DNA of 64,000 nt. It comes from Eledone cirrhosa (Eukaryota). Shown in pieces: positions 42,020 to 55,142 of this stretch (positions are counted from its first letter, which is position 1; every line of letters begins with the position of its first letter). The translations under genes were made by a program, and so were the position numbers. Location: the NCBI GenBank assembly GCA_964016885.1, contig OZ024742.1:209064001-209128000 (forward strand), read 5' to 3'. The notes under the pieces are model-generated. The model was not told the origin of the DNA. It was given only the letters and a program-made list of their open reading frames with translations, and did no database searches.

Positions 42020-42566
42020 CGAGGATCTCTTCATCGATGGTTTTGATTTTCTCCTCATTTGTCTGGGTCCTCAGTTTAAGAAGTTCAATTTCTGTCTTCA
42101 TTTTTTCCAATGCCATTCTTTCCCTAAGGTGTCTTTGAGGTTCAGGTTCATTTGGAATGGACTTTATTTGTATTTTACGGGGGAGAGTTAGAGGGGTTGA
42201 GTTAAGCCATTTTTCATATATCTCCGCTTTGTTGTGATTGTGTATCATCTTCCAGAATGAGAACTTTCTGTCTCTGAGGGATTTGTTCCATTTTGGAATT
42301 GTTCGAATTTTCATTTTGTATGAATTAATCTCACATGGTTCTTCGTTGGATTTTCCTGGGTTGCTAGTAGTGAACATAGTTTGGATAGTATCGCAAAGGT
42401 TTTGGAGTTTATCGCCGATTTCGGAGGGTTTGTATCCGGTGGCGGTTTCCTTATTTGTGGAGTCAAGTTTGTCGACCAGCAAAGATAGGTTGGTGTTAAT
42501 TTTCTTGAGTTCCTGTAGAATCTCTTCATTTGTGTTGATGAGGGTTGTATCCGTTTTTGTTGGCAT
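42020..42566 (-). CDS. 3'-truncated coiled-coil-rich ORF of unknown function downstream of a PLE pLTR (first ~180 aa of the 247-aa track ORF)
   Basis: Stop-free, complex sequence (EEILQELKKINTNLSLL..., WNKSLRDRKFSFWK..., LPRK, ERMALEKMKTEIELLKLR); its upstream 95 bp (42610-42705) is duplicated in inverted form at 43757-43850 right after an HHR-like motif. Confidence 0.6.
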
Positions 42567-42708
42567 TTTCTGTATCTCGTGTGAGGATATGATATTTAAA
42601 AGAATAGTTATTATATATTGGTAAACGGAATAGAAAAGGCTGACAAATTGTTCACAGTGAAAAATAGTTTAATTAGGAATAAGTGAGAATTAGTAATTGT
42701 ATTGGTAA

Positions 42709-42857
42709 GACACACTCCAGATACATATTTATGCACAGGTATACAATTTCTGGACACACTCCACATACATTTGTACAGTTTGTGCACAGGTGTACAGTTT
42801 GTGCACAGGTATACAATTTCTGGACACACTCCAGATACATATTTGTGCACAGGTATT
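42709..42857. repeat. Minisatellite with ~43-bp unit and 18-bp subunit
   Basis: GACACACTCCAGATACATATTT.TGCACAGGTATACAATTTCTG about x3, with TGTACAGTTTGTGCACAGG x2. Confidence 0.85.
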
Positions 42858-43285
42858 CCAATACAACAAGGCCTAAGGGATCCCCTTTCAGTACGTACAA
42901 TCTGGACACACACACACACTCACACACACCTTGGTATTATGCCATTACTGTATATCATTTCACACCTTTTATTATTAAGGTTTCTGATGTTCTATTGAGA
43001 AAATCGTTTTTACTGAAAATATCGAATAATGTACAACATTTTCCCAGGAAAAAAATACTGGTCCACCCCCACACACACACACACACATTCTCACACACAC
43101 ACACACACATATATACACACACATATACACACGCGTACATTAACATACAACGAGACATATACACACACACACACACTTCTCCGTATAAGACAAGAGCTGA
43201 AAAATATCTTTTAACATGTTAAAATATCCCTCACTCACTTACAGACACATTCCTACTGACCATCCTTCTACCACGAATTACTCTG

Positions 43286-43336
<51 letters not shown>

Positions 43337-43697
43337 TCTTAATAGGCATTTGAACTGTCAACAGGCTGCGGTTCGCACACACGACCCTGCTGACCATTAT
43401 CACAACAACGAATACTTTACTACTACTACACACACACACACACACATATTTGTTGTGAAAGAGTCATTTCTCATTCAGCCGACACAAACCTACATTTGGC
43501 GCAAAATCTATTTTTTACATTCACATGACCTCTACCGACCAATCAAAATTGTTTTGACCACAAGAATTTTTGCAACACGAATTGGCGCAAAATTTATTTT
43601 AATACCGCTGGAGCCACTTTTTTTTTACATAAAAACAGGTAGAATTCCCAAAACTAATCAGATCAGAACAAACATCACGGACGCTCTATCTCAAAAT

Positions 43698-43736
43698 TAT
43701 TTTTGAAAAGCATTAGAAATGCGCAACCGGTAAAAC
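43698..43736 (+). ncRNA. Degenerate non-canonical hammerhead-like motif
   Basis: TTTGAAAA-gcatt aga aatgc-GCAA-ccgg-TA; same architecture as the 16544 variant; CCAATC and TACATAAAA upstream. Confidence 0.45.
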
Positions 43737-43842
43737 TTAAAACCAAAACTGAATACTAACCAATACAATTACTAATTCTCACTTATTCCTAATTAAACTA
43801 TTTTTCACTGTGAACAATTTGTCAGCATTTTCTATTCCGTTT

Positions 43843-43879
<37 letters not shown>

Positions 43880-46437
43880 CATGCATATATATATGATTCC
43901 TCTGTACATAATGCTGCCATTTTCTCTGATACAGACCCTTTTATCAGATACCAAAAAAAGTTTTACATGAACCCAACAGTATTTACGAGATTGTTTTGTA
44001 CTCTTAACCAAAAATGAAACTCACATACACGACGAATAACCCTCGCTGTAAACTTTACAGTTTAAAGGATCTTTTTTTAACCACTGGAAGTAATAAATCT
44101 GTCAAATGGGTGTCATGATATAAACATATAACTTTAATGACACCATCAAGGGATTTTTGTTAATACCAGCGTATATCATTTGTTTTCTGCATGTGTGCGT
44201 CAACAGTTGAAGATATTATATGTGGCAGGTATCGTGTGACGGTTACAGATTTTGTGGGGACCCCAATCTTTGGTAGTCGTTTTTATGCGACTTCTGTTAC
44301 AGGATTAGTTGCTGATACATTCATATTAACTAACGTATTCTGCAATTACATATTTCACATATTCAAAACAAAAATTTAAGAAATTATGGGCTTCACTAAA
44401 CATGAATAATTATATATGTGAATATTTATGAGGACCATGCTGTAGGCCCCTTCCTTATTCCTTAAAGATGAAGTGCCTCCCTGTTTTGGGCGTACAAGAT
44501 GACAATGCCATGCACCAATATTTCAAGATCCAATCTTCCACAGCAGACCTTAAATTTGACGTAGCAGCACGGTTGATTGCTCTTGCCAATACTCCAAGTT
44601 TCGTTTACCATTGCGGGGGACGAAACTATAGAATCGGTGGTATTCCATAATCACATATGCATATAATACTTCGATCAATGCAACGAAACCTCGGTCGTCT
44701 GTTTCTCGTTCCAAGTTATCCGGTTTTTGACTTGCACTGAAATGTGAAAAATTGAAGTGCAAAAAGTATCTACACTCTAAATTTTATACAAGACAAATGT
44801 TGAGAGATCGCTGGCAACAGACATGTCGACTGGCCCAACTGAATGTCAACACCAATATAATCCATATCCTGGCAATAAAATCCCTCGGGATAAGTGAGTG
44901 TCTCTGAATCGATTACGCACAGGTGTCCACCGATTCAATGCAGCTATGCACCAATGAAGGCTGCGTCTATCATCAGCTTGCCAGTGTCACTCGCCAGAGC
45001 AACAACAGTAAGTTGTGTTCAGAGATCGAGAATTATTTCACTCTTTTATTTCGTACTTTTAGTTTTATCAATGCTTATTATCAATTAAAATGCAGCTCTA
45101 TTACACATTTGTGTACAGTTTGTTTTATCTCATTAAATTTAGAGGTATGAATGTAAAGTCTCTACCAGAAATGATTATAATATAAGGTTTTGAAAAAATG
45201 AAGTGTATATTGGGTATAAATAATTTCCATGAGTAACTAATTCTATTCAGTAACTAAGAATTACTAACTAAGAATCACTATAATTTCTATATAGTTTAGT
45301 AATGTTTCATGACTACTTTTGTGTATAAATCATTACTTTTACATGCTAATTACTTGAATTAATTATTTACTATAATTTTCAATTAGTTATTAATCAAATC
45401 AAACTTCATGTTGTCCGACACGGAAAATTCCGTAATTCATTGCAACATATTTCTTTCAGTCCTTAAAATTCCGACATTTCCTTGCAGCTATAATGGAAAT
45501 CAACCAAAATTTAAAAATTCGCTTATGTGAGATATCTTTACTATGAACTTTAGTTTATAATTATAGTAAAAAAGGTTTGAACAAATATTCTTCCAGATCA
45601 GTTTCGTATCATGAAATATTCATATAGTTTTCTGTATCGAGAAACGAACCAACGCGACTTACAAAACTGCATCACCATCTCAAATGTATTTAGTTCTTTC
45701 GAAACCGTCGCCAGGCGGTTAAAATGTAATGCATGCTTACTAAATCCTATTTCGTCCTGTAGGTTAGCACAGTTAAATTTGAACTCATTAAAGTTTCAGA
45801 ATAATCACTTCATTCAATCTTTAGCACTGCAGGTTAAGAAATAAGTCAGTCACATACTTATGTTTCTCTCGTCAATTTTGGTTTTTCGTTTCTCGAAACA
45901 CACCAACGTTAATAAGAATTGTACCGCATAGTTCAAGGAAATGTCTACGATGAATAGAATTCAAAGCATCACATAGAAAAATATTCTATCATTCACTCAA
46001 AACAGCGGGAGATATTCTCTTGTAACCAGTTGAGAGGAAAATAACATATGTTGACTTAAGATTATAGCAAGCTCACAATGAGTTCGCCATTATCTTTTAG
46101 TGCTGTTTTCATTGCAATATTTTTCTAGCCGTATTCACTGCTTTACAGACACACATCTCAGACAAACAGGTGTAGTTAAACAAGAGTAGCAAGGCTTGTG
46201 CAAGTCATCTGGTGCTTTGATGATGTTTTTAAAACCAAACCACTATTTTGTCAGGGCAAATATTATGTATTTGAACTGGGACCACGTTTCCATTGAACAT
46301 AACATTCCTACAGATGCGCTTGGTTTGGTGAAAGCAATTTGCGGTTAGTGTTTTAGAAGTTTCGTGAATTTATACGCTGAGTCTACATATATTCATAAAT
46401 ATCTGTCAATCCGATTTCACTCTCTCACAGATTGACT

Positions 46438-46594
<157 letters not shown>

Positions 46595-46597
46595 AAT

Positions 46598-47249
46598 GGA
46601 AAAAATGAAATTTCATTTCTCACTCTTAGTACGGCTGATACTTAAATATAAGTATGTATACGTACATACATATATGTATAGAGACGTACAGTAGTATGTA
46701 TATACATACATACATGCACACATATATATATATACGTATGGGTTTACCGAACATTTATTATAATGCTCTGTTTGTTTGTAAACTCACAGCCCGAATTATT
46801 AGCCGTACAGTGTTCGGCAACCATCGTTGCCATTTTGATCAACACTGACAAAGGAACGATAAACTAGCTTATTAGCTGTCATCAGCACTGTATACCTTCC
46901 TGTCAGTCCATTGAACGTTTGAAAGTATATACTTTGCTTATGCATATTAACGGCTGAGCAGCCTAGTTTGCATATCGAGTGAGTTAATCGGCCGGACGTA
47001 CCGAAAACGATAAATAGAAAAAATGATATTTCATTTTTCACTCTTAGTACGGCTGATACTTAAATATAAGTATGTATACGTACATGCATATATGTATAGC
47101 GACGTACAGTAGTATGTATATACATACATTACATGCATAGATATATATATATGTACGTATGGGTTTACCGAACATTTATTATAGTGCTAGATTTTTTTGT
47201 AAACAAACAGCTCGAATTATTAGCCGTACAGTGTTCGGCACCCATCGTT

Positions 47250-47317
<68 letters not shown>

Positions 47318-47370
47318 CTACTGTACGTCTGTGTACATATATGTATGTACGTATACATACTTATATTTAT
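46598..47370 (+). mobile_element. Partial-tandem pLTR-like repeat with a short inverted tail
   Basis: 46600-46829 is directly repeated at 47017-47250 (period ~420 bp); 47311-47370 is an inverted part; long-stem HHR-like motif at 46845-47013. Confidence 0.65.
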
Positions 47371-47403
47371 ATATATATATATATATATATGCATACACAT
47401 ATA

Positions 47404-47484
<81 letters not shown>

Positions 47485-47486
47485 TC

Positions 47487-47582
<96 letters not shown>

Positions 47583-47620
47583 ATTAAATAAATGGAAAAC
47601 TATATTTATAAAACCATATT

Positions 47621-47686
47621 TATTTCATTATATATATTTCGGGGATATCATATTAACAATATGCTATGCCTTCATCAGACAAAATA
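47621..47686 (-). ncRNA. Minimal hammerhead ribozyme (pLTR G, sense)
   Basis: Reverse complement: tattttgt-CTGATGA-aggcatagcatatt gtt aatatgatatcccc-GAAA-tatata-TA-atgaaata. Confidence 0.85.
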
Positions 47687-50166
47687 AAATATAAACAGTT
47701 TTATAGATAAATATATTCGACATACCGTAATAACACCGACTTCATTTGAAGAGGTTTACGCTGGCAGTGAAAAAATTTTATACAGAGAGAAAGAAAGAGA
47801 GAAAAAAGAAAGAAAGACAAAACGAAGAAAAGGAAGAAAAAGAAGAAAAAGAAAAAGAAGAAATGCATGGAACAAAATAGAGAGATGGAAAGATAGATAA
47901 AGCGAAGAACTTCATGTAAAGAAACAGAAAGAGACATATATATATATAGAGAGAGGAAACAGAGATAGATACATATATATATAGAAAATTAGGTAGTGGG
48001 AGGTCATTTTGAGTAAATGTATCAATGATATATTTATTTATTTATTTATTTATTTAGCTCAGGTATTAATGTAAGGGAGATATATAGAGTGAAAAAAATA
48101 TAGAGAGAGGAAAAAATAGCGAGAGAAAAAAATTTAAAAATAGCCAGACATATTCGAGGCGCAAAAACCCTATGTTTTAATGTATTAGTATTTATAAAAC
48201 TTACACTATATTGTAAATATCAGTATTCCTGAATGAGACAAGTATCCATAATGTGTGAAAATTAATTATCTTATGTTTAGTTTTAAAAAATTCATATGTT
48301 TATGTGACAGCTACAAACATCCATGCGAATCCAACTGATTCACTCTGCAAACTCTAGGTTCACGGAAAACATTCTCAATGTGGTATAAAAATTTGAGCGT
48401 ATTATTATTCCTGTCATTACTCTACAAGATTATCTATCAAGCAGAAATAGAGAGCAGATTTCAATATACTAATAAAAATATATATTATAAAGTAAACTAA
48501 AAATAAAAAGATAACAATAATAATAATAAGTAAAAATATAGAATAGAAAACTAAAAAAATATTACGAAAGAATATTACATAATAAAAATATTACATATTA
48601 AAAATACTACGTATTAAAAAATATTACGTATTAAAAATTTACATATTAAAGATATTAAAAATAAAATAAAAAATAAAAAATAAAAAATATTATAGAATAC
48701 TACAATAATAAAAAATAAAAATAAAAATAAAAATAAAAATAAAAATAAAAATAAAAATAATAATAAATAAAAATAAAAATAAACCACAAAGAACAACCCT
48801 TCAAAGTTAATTGACAATATATTGCCAAGTTCATTACAAGACAAAGCCAAAAATTATCTATCAAATCACATCTAGCAAAGATCATTTCAAAAAGATTATG
48901 ATGTCCAATTAGGTCTACATATGTTCTTATATTTAATATAGAAGTTTATCTAGTGTAAGGTTAATTCAAAAAATTTGGAGCATCAGCTTTTAGGGTAGCT
49001 TAATTTTTCATGAGGAATGTTTAGATAAAAATAAAATAAAAATAAACAATAAAAAAAAGAGTAAAAAGAGGGAATCAAAGAATGTATCGGCTAGTTTCCC
49101 ATATAAATATAAATCAAACTAAATATACTACATTTTAAATTTAAATTTATATTTAAACGTTGAGTTTAATCTATGTTTGCAACAACTGAATAAATTTGTC
49201 CGTAGGTTAAGGGAATTTTTAGATTTTAGTATAAAGAATATCTCCTCTGCGCAGAGGTCACATGTCTCAGAGGATGAATTAAAAGGAATCCCTCTTGAGA
49301 CTATATTCCAAGCCGTCGAATATCTAACGTTATCTAGCTTAAGTTGCCAGAGTACGCCTGATAGTGCCGTTGAAGATTTTTTACTTGGATCTGTGAAAGA
49401 ATTCTTGTGGTTATTATAGCGAAGTTTAAATTCCGTCGATGTGGAACCGACGTAGTTAAAAGAATTAGAGTCAGTATTAAATGTTTTCCGTGAACTTAGA
49501 GTTTGCAGAGTGAATCAGTTGGATTCGCATGGATGTTTGTAGCTGTCACATAAACATATGAATTTTTTAAAACTAAACATAAGATAATTAATTTTCACAC
49601 ATTATGGATACTTGTCTCATTCAGGAATACTGATATTTACAATATAGTGTAAGTTTTATAAATACTAATACATTAAAACATAGGGTTTTTGCGCCTCGAA
49701 TATGTCTGGCTATTTTTAAATTTTTTTCTCTCGCTATTTTTTCCTCTCTCTATATTTTTTTCACTCTATATATCTCCCTTACATTAATACCTGAGCTAAA
49801 TAAATAAATAAATAAATAAATATATCATTGATACATTTACTCAAAATGACCTCCCACTACCTAATTTTCTATATATATATGTATCTATCTCTATTTCCTC
49901 TCTCTCTATATATATATGTCTCTTTCTGTTTCTTTACATGAAGTTCTTCGCTTTATCTATCTTTCCATCTCTCTATTTTGTTCCATGCATTTCTTCTTTT
50001 TCTTTTTCTTCTTTTTCTTCCTTTTCTTCGTTTTGTCTTTCTTTCTTTTTTCTCTCTTTCTTTCTCTCTGTATAAAATTTTTTCACTGCCAGCGTAAACC
50101 TCTTCAAATGAAGTCGGTGTTATTACGGTATGTCGAATATATTTATCTATAAAACTGTTTATATTG

Positions 50167-50232
50167 TATTTTGTCTGATGAAGGCATAGCATATTGTTAA
50201 TATGATATCCCCGAAATATATATAATGAAATA
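50167..50232 (+). ncRNA. Minimal hammerhead ribozyme (inverted pLTR G)
   Basis: Identical motif on the plus strand. Confidence 0.85.
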
Positions 50233-50360
50233 AATATGGTTTTATAAATATAGTTTTCCATTTATTTAATATTGTAAATATACTCCAAATATTTGTCGAG
50301 TGATTTTATATCAGTTATAAATATTTACTAGTTGTAACCCAACAATTTTAAATATAACTT

Positions 50361-50441
<81 letters not shown>

Positions 50442-50453
50442 TCACTCTCTCTT

Positions 50454-50510
<57 letters not shown>

Positions 50511-50519
50511 TCACTCTCT

Positions 50520-50590
<71 letters not shown>

Positions 50591-50591
<1 letters not shown>

Positions 50592-50802
50592 CGAAGGAAA
50601 TGTGGTAAGGAAACAGATGGACCATAACGCACTAAAGTACTCAATACTTAGGATAGTAGAGTGGGTAATAGGAACAAGTATGACCCCGACGGCAGAGCTC
50701 GAGCCATTTCGACGGCTAATTCTGGACTAGTCGTTTCGACTAGTCCAGAATTAGCCGACGAAATGGCTTGAGCTCTGCCGTCGGGGTCATACTTGTTTCT
50801 AT
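50591..50802. repeat. Fold-back mini-element (135-bp hairpin 50668-50802 plus tail)
   Basis: Arms of ~65 bp with a TTT loop at ~50735; same family as 13542-13705 but in the opposite orientation. Confidence 0.92.
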
Positions 50803-50813
50803 ATATATATATA

Positions 50814-50845
50814 TGGTCACTTCTAAGTATACTTAGAAGTGACCA
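50814..50845. repeat. Perfect 32-bp palindrome
   Basis: TGGTCACTTCTAAGTA|TACTTAGAAGTGACCA. Confidence 0.9.
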
Positions 50846-51077
50846 GGATACTAATAATTCTTCACCCGCTGATGAATTAGAATTTTGCTATGTCTCTTTT
50901 AATATGTCTCAATTAATATTGCGAAAGAGTATTATCAGATATTTAATTAATATCAGATATTTAATTAATATTGCGAAAGAGTATTATCAGATATTTAATT
51001 TGTTCGAAATCCAACAAATATAGATGTTTACAAACTGATTCAAAACACACGACAGGATTCTGGAGTAAGTATTCAAT

Positions 51078-51711
51078 TGATATTAAGTAAATGGAAACCA
51101 TATTTATGAAACCATATTTTTTCTAATACATATATTTCACGGGTGCCAAAAATGTTGGTACACTATCATCAGATAAAATACAAAATGTTTTATAAATATT
51201 TCACATGACCAAGGATGATATACGTTAATTGTTCAAGTTATCACTGGAGAGTGAAGGGAAGAGAGGAGAAAAGACAGATATTTAAAATTATTAATATGAT
51301 TATGCAAATTATGTGTATATTAAAGGGCTAAAAAACGTTATTTTCTAAAATAGCGTTTTTTTAGCCCATCTTAGCTATGGAAAATTTAAATATTTATGAT
51401 AAGGAAAGAAGAGAAAGAGAAAAGAGAAAGAGAAAAGAGAAAGAGAAAAGAGAAAAGAATAACGTAAATTTGGGGGAAAAGATTTTGTTACCTATATTAT
51501 GAGTTATAAAATTATATGAAGAATTAAGGTTGTAAGTAGTTTTATTTTATTACATTAGGATAGGTTATATGTATATAAATATCTATATATATATTAATAA
51601 GTTGCGTATGCATTGATTGTTTATATAAATAAATATGAGTTACGAATGATGTTGGAAGAAACAATTGTCAGCTATTAAATGATTTGAACACAACTTTGAT
51701 AATTGTCTAAG

Positions 51712-51715
<4 letters not shown>
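51078..51715 (-). mobile_element. Solo pLTR related to element A/G pLTRs, with HHR at 51119-51180
   Basis: Collinear similarity to 8363-8960; RC tattttat-CTGATGA-tagtgtaccaa cattt ttggcacccgt-GAAA-tatatg-TA-ttagaaa. Confidence 0.85.
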
Positions 51716-51805
<90 letters not shown>

Positions 51806-51817
51806 ACATACATATAC

Positions 51818-51866
<49 letters not shown>

Positions 51867-52002
51867 ATGTATATATATGCTTTAGTAATATCAAAGATTG
51901 GCCAGTTACAAGTATGAGTATAGGTCGATTTAAAATAACAAGTGTAATACAGAGCCCAAATGCGATGTAAATAATAATCAAAGAGTATTTAATCTTTCAA
52001 AT

Positions 52003-52618
52003 ATTTAATAACTGGTGATGGTTTCATCCTAGCACAAGGCCGGATTCATCGGTGTTAATAACAAAAGTTAAAAACAAATATAAGATCAAAACTTTATCAT
52101 AAGGACGTTTGGAGGATGCATAATATGGGAGGTTATATAAGCACAAGCTTATGGGGAAAAGAATGTTAATATGGCTGAACTGTGTGGTCGAACTTATAGC
52201 CTTGCACCTGTCTGTAATCCATTGCATCAAATATTTTTAATATATTTTATTAAATGCTTAAATCATTTAGCTTTATTTGAAATGCATGTTTTCCTCTGTC
52301 TAGTATTACTAACTTTCTTAGTCTCAATTTTGTCCACTAATATATATGATATATGACTTTCACTGTACTTCATTTAACTGTAACTGCATGTTTATCATTT
52401 TACTTTATTTTATTGCATTTTATCTGCTCCTATTTTTCATGTTTTCCGCCTCAGTAACCTTATATAAATAGTAATGCTTGAGCTTATCTAACCCCTCAAA
52501 TAATGTATACTCCAAATGCTCTTATAACAAAGCTTTAAGCTCCAATTTATGTTTAACTTTTGTTATTAACTCCGATGGGTCCGTCTTTGGGCTTTGATGA
52601 AACGATCATCAGTTATTA
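52003..52618 (+). mobile_element. Old miniature PLE (I) with ~67-bp inverted ends carrying degenerate HHRs
   Basis: 52003-52071 = RC of 52551-52618; consensus taac(t)-CCGATGA-atcc..ggat-GAAA-cgatca-TC-agtta; TATATAAA at ~52460. Confidence 0.65.
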
Positions 52619-54210
52619 ACGGCGTTGGGATGGCAGGCCTTGAGTACTTTGCGCTCGAGGCTGTCCATGTACCAGATCACTAGCAAACCCGACAAGCTTG
52701 AGCCCATGCGTAACCCTGAGGTCTGCCGGTGTTGTCAACGACGAAGGATAGGAGCTGACAGATGTCAGTGGGGGAGAGTCTGAAGCAGTGTTGGTTGGTA
52801 GATTGAACACGTTCTATAAGTATATCGACAGCCGGGAGCGCCATATAAGTATATCGACAGCAAACATACCGGCAGAGCTCAGAGCTGCCCATGGGCTCAA
52901 GTCATTCGGGTGTACTAGCGATCGCGTACATGGATAGCCTCGAGCGCAAGGCACTCAACGCCTGCAACTCCAACGCCGTCACCTTCTTCTCAGGATAAGT
53001 GGACAACATACTCATCCTCACATCTTCCTAGATGGCGAACGGTTCAGCAACACGGACGACAATATTGACTTCAGTGTTGAACACCCCAACGACGACGGTT
53101 CCCTTGCCCTCCTTGACTACCGAATCAACATCACGGCGCAAGGAGGGATCCACACCAGCTTCTACCGCAAGGCAGCCTACAGGGACTTGTTCGTCCACTA
53201 CAAATCTAACAGTGCTAAAAGAGGGTACATCACGAACTAGATCACGCGGATTAAAAACAGATGCAGTGTTCCCGTGAATGGTGTCACCCATACCAAGCGG
53301 TTCCTAAGGGTGCTGGAGAGGAACGGATATCCAGCCTCGCTTACAAGCAGAGTAAGAGACACCACACGCAAGAGGCAGAGAAACACCCAAGGCAAGTGCT
53401 TTCTTAAAATCCCGCACCTGGGCGAGAAAACCACCAATGCTATCCGCAGGACCATACGGAGGGAGGGCCTCGACATCCTCTTGGCCCACTTGGGCCACTC
53501 CCTACGGAGATGCCTCTCGCGGAAACCCGGGAAATTGGTTGACGCGTGTTCCCTCGGCAACTCTCCCATGCGCCAAACGAACTGTTACTTACGCACGTAC
53601 GTTGTATACAAGGTAGAATGTGACAAGTCCAACGACTACTATATCGGTAGAACAATCCGAGCACTACATATCCAGATCAAGGAGCACATCAACACCAGGG
53701 CCTCGTCATTCCCGAAACGCATAACTAAATGCGGAAACAAAGACAGAAGGCCCGTTGTCACGGTGCTAGCGACAGTACACAACGTCAGCACTTTAAGAAT
53801 CAACGAAGCACTTTGCATCAAACGCCTAGGACCACAAATAAATTACCGATCCGAGAGAAGCGAGACGAAATGGCTGGTATAAACAAACGAAACAACAACA
53901 ACACACACACACACACACACACACAGTGGCATTCGAACGATTGTTATTGTGTGTGTAGCGAATCCACCATCCACCGACCAACAAACAACAATCACGCAGA
54001 CTAACAACACTGCCAGTATTAAAAGACCTTTGCTTGACCGCAACTATTCCACGCGCACGCGCGCCCTACAGAATATCTCAGTTGTACACAAACGGCAGAC
54101 AACAGAGGTTACGTGCCGTTCCTCTCCGACTAAAAACTTTCCCCCTCGGAAAAACCCCCAGTTGATGGATGCGAAATCCGAAATATAGGGACAATTAAAT
54201 CACTTCCAAG
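52619..54210 (+). mobile_element. Penelope-like element J (Poseidon-like) with an inverted RT segment at its 5' end
   Basis: LPMGSSHSGVLAIAYMDSLE...*VDNILI; ORF 53274-53882 VVYKVECDK..YYIGRTIRALHIQIKEH...LRINEALCIKRLGPQIN; 52619-52830 encodes the same RT region on the minus strand; degenerate HHR at ~54155-54190. Confidence 0.88.
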
Positions 54211-54222
54211 GTAACTCTATCT

Positions 54223-54360
54223 CGTTACGGCCCTTTATGATCTGAGTTCAAATCCCGCCGAGGTTAACTTTGCCTTTCATCCTTACGGGGCCGATAAAAT
54301 AAAGTACCAGTAATGCACTGGGAAATTGCTGGCCTTGTGCCAAAAGTAGAAATAATTATT
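54223..54360 (+). mobile_element. SINE family 1, 5'-truncated
   Basis: B box, body and tail match the family consensus. Confidence 0.9.
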
Positions 54361-54552
54361 TTTACACTCTTTCCTACCTTTCTCTACACACTATACGTTT
54401 CATTCTACATTTGCTCTTACATCCCTCTCTTCACGACCTGATTCTGTTACCCGGAGATTTACCCATCTGCATTGTTGAGGCTTCAAAACGACCAATTTCC
54501 ACAATGCTTCCAAAACGACCAAATTCCACAATGCTTCAAGCAAACTTCATTA

Positions 54553-54644
<92 letters not shown>

Positions 54645-54884
54645 TCTTCTAGAAACTCTGTTACTCGCCAACAGTCTACCCATTACCACACCTCTGGTAC
54701 CGATCACTTCGAGAAATATGTGGGGGAGTCTCTTGACAAGCCACCTACCTCACAACTTAGGTGCTCTTTAACTGCACTCTGGCTGCAAACCAGTCGGGGA
54801 AACTACGCAGTCGGGTTTACGCAGATATTAGATAATTCTGGTCTGTTTGTTTTTCACGTTTATAATTATATATATATATCTATT

Positions 54885-54918
<34 letters not shown>

Positions 54919-55063
54919 ATTAGTATATTTACCAACATATGCGTACAGATGTACACTAATGCTAGCAAATACATAAGTTATGTCATATTACCTAGGTGGT
55001 TCAATGCAGGAGGATGCAGAACAATTATATGAAAGACGTAAAATAAGTTTCTTATTTTACGTC

Positions 55064-55142
<79 letters not shown>

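Larger units (their letters stand above)
47577..50276 (-). mobile_element. Penelope-like element G: short EN remnant between ~800-bp near-identical inverted pLTRs
   Basis: 47577-48373 = RC of 49480-50276. The minus strand of the spacer encodes FNYVGSTSTEFKLRYNNHKNSF...STALSGVLWQLK (GIY-YIG, ~49170-49475). Confidence 0.95.

Noticed and set aside
42709-42857. CRISPR-like array
   Set aside because: Tandem units without unique spacers, eukaryotic context, no cas genes
44020-44400. Second integrase-like remnant (TVEDIICG resembling TADDIICC at 62220)
   Set aside because: Only a short motif; the flanks do not align by eye
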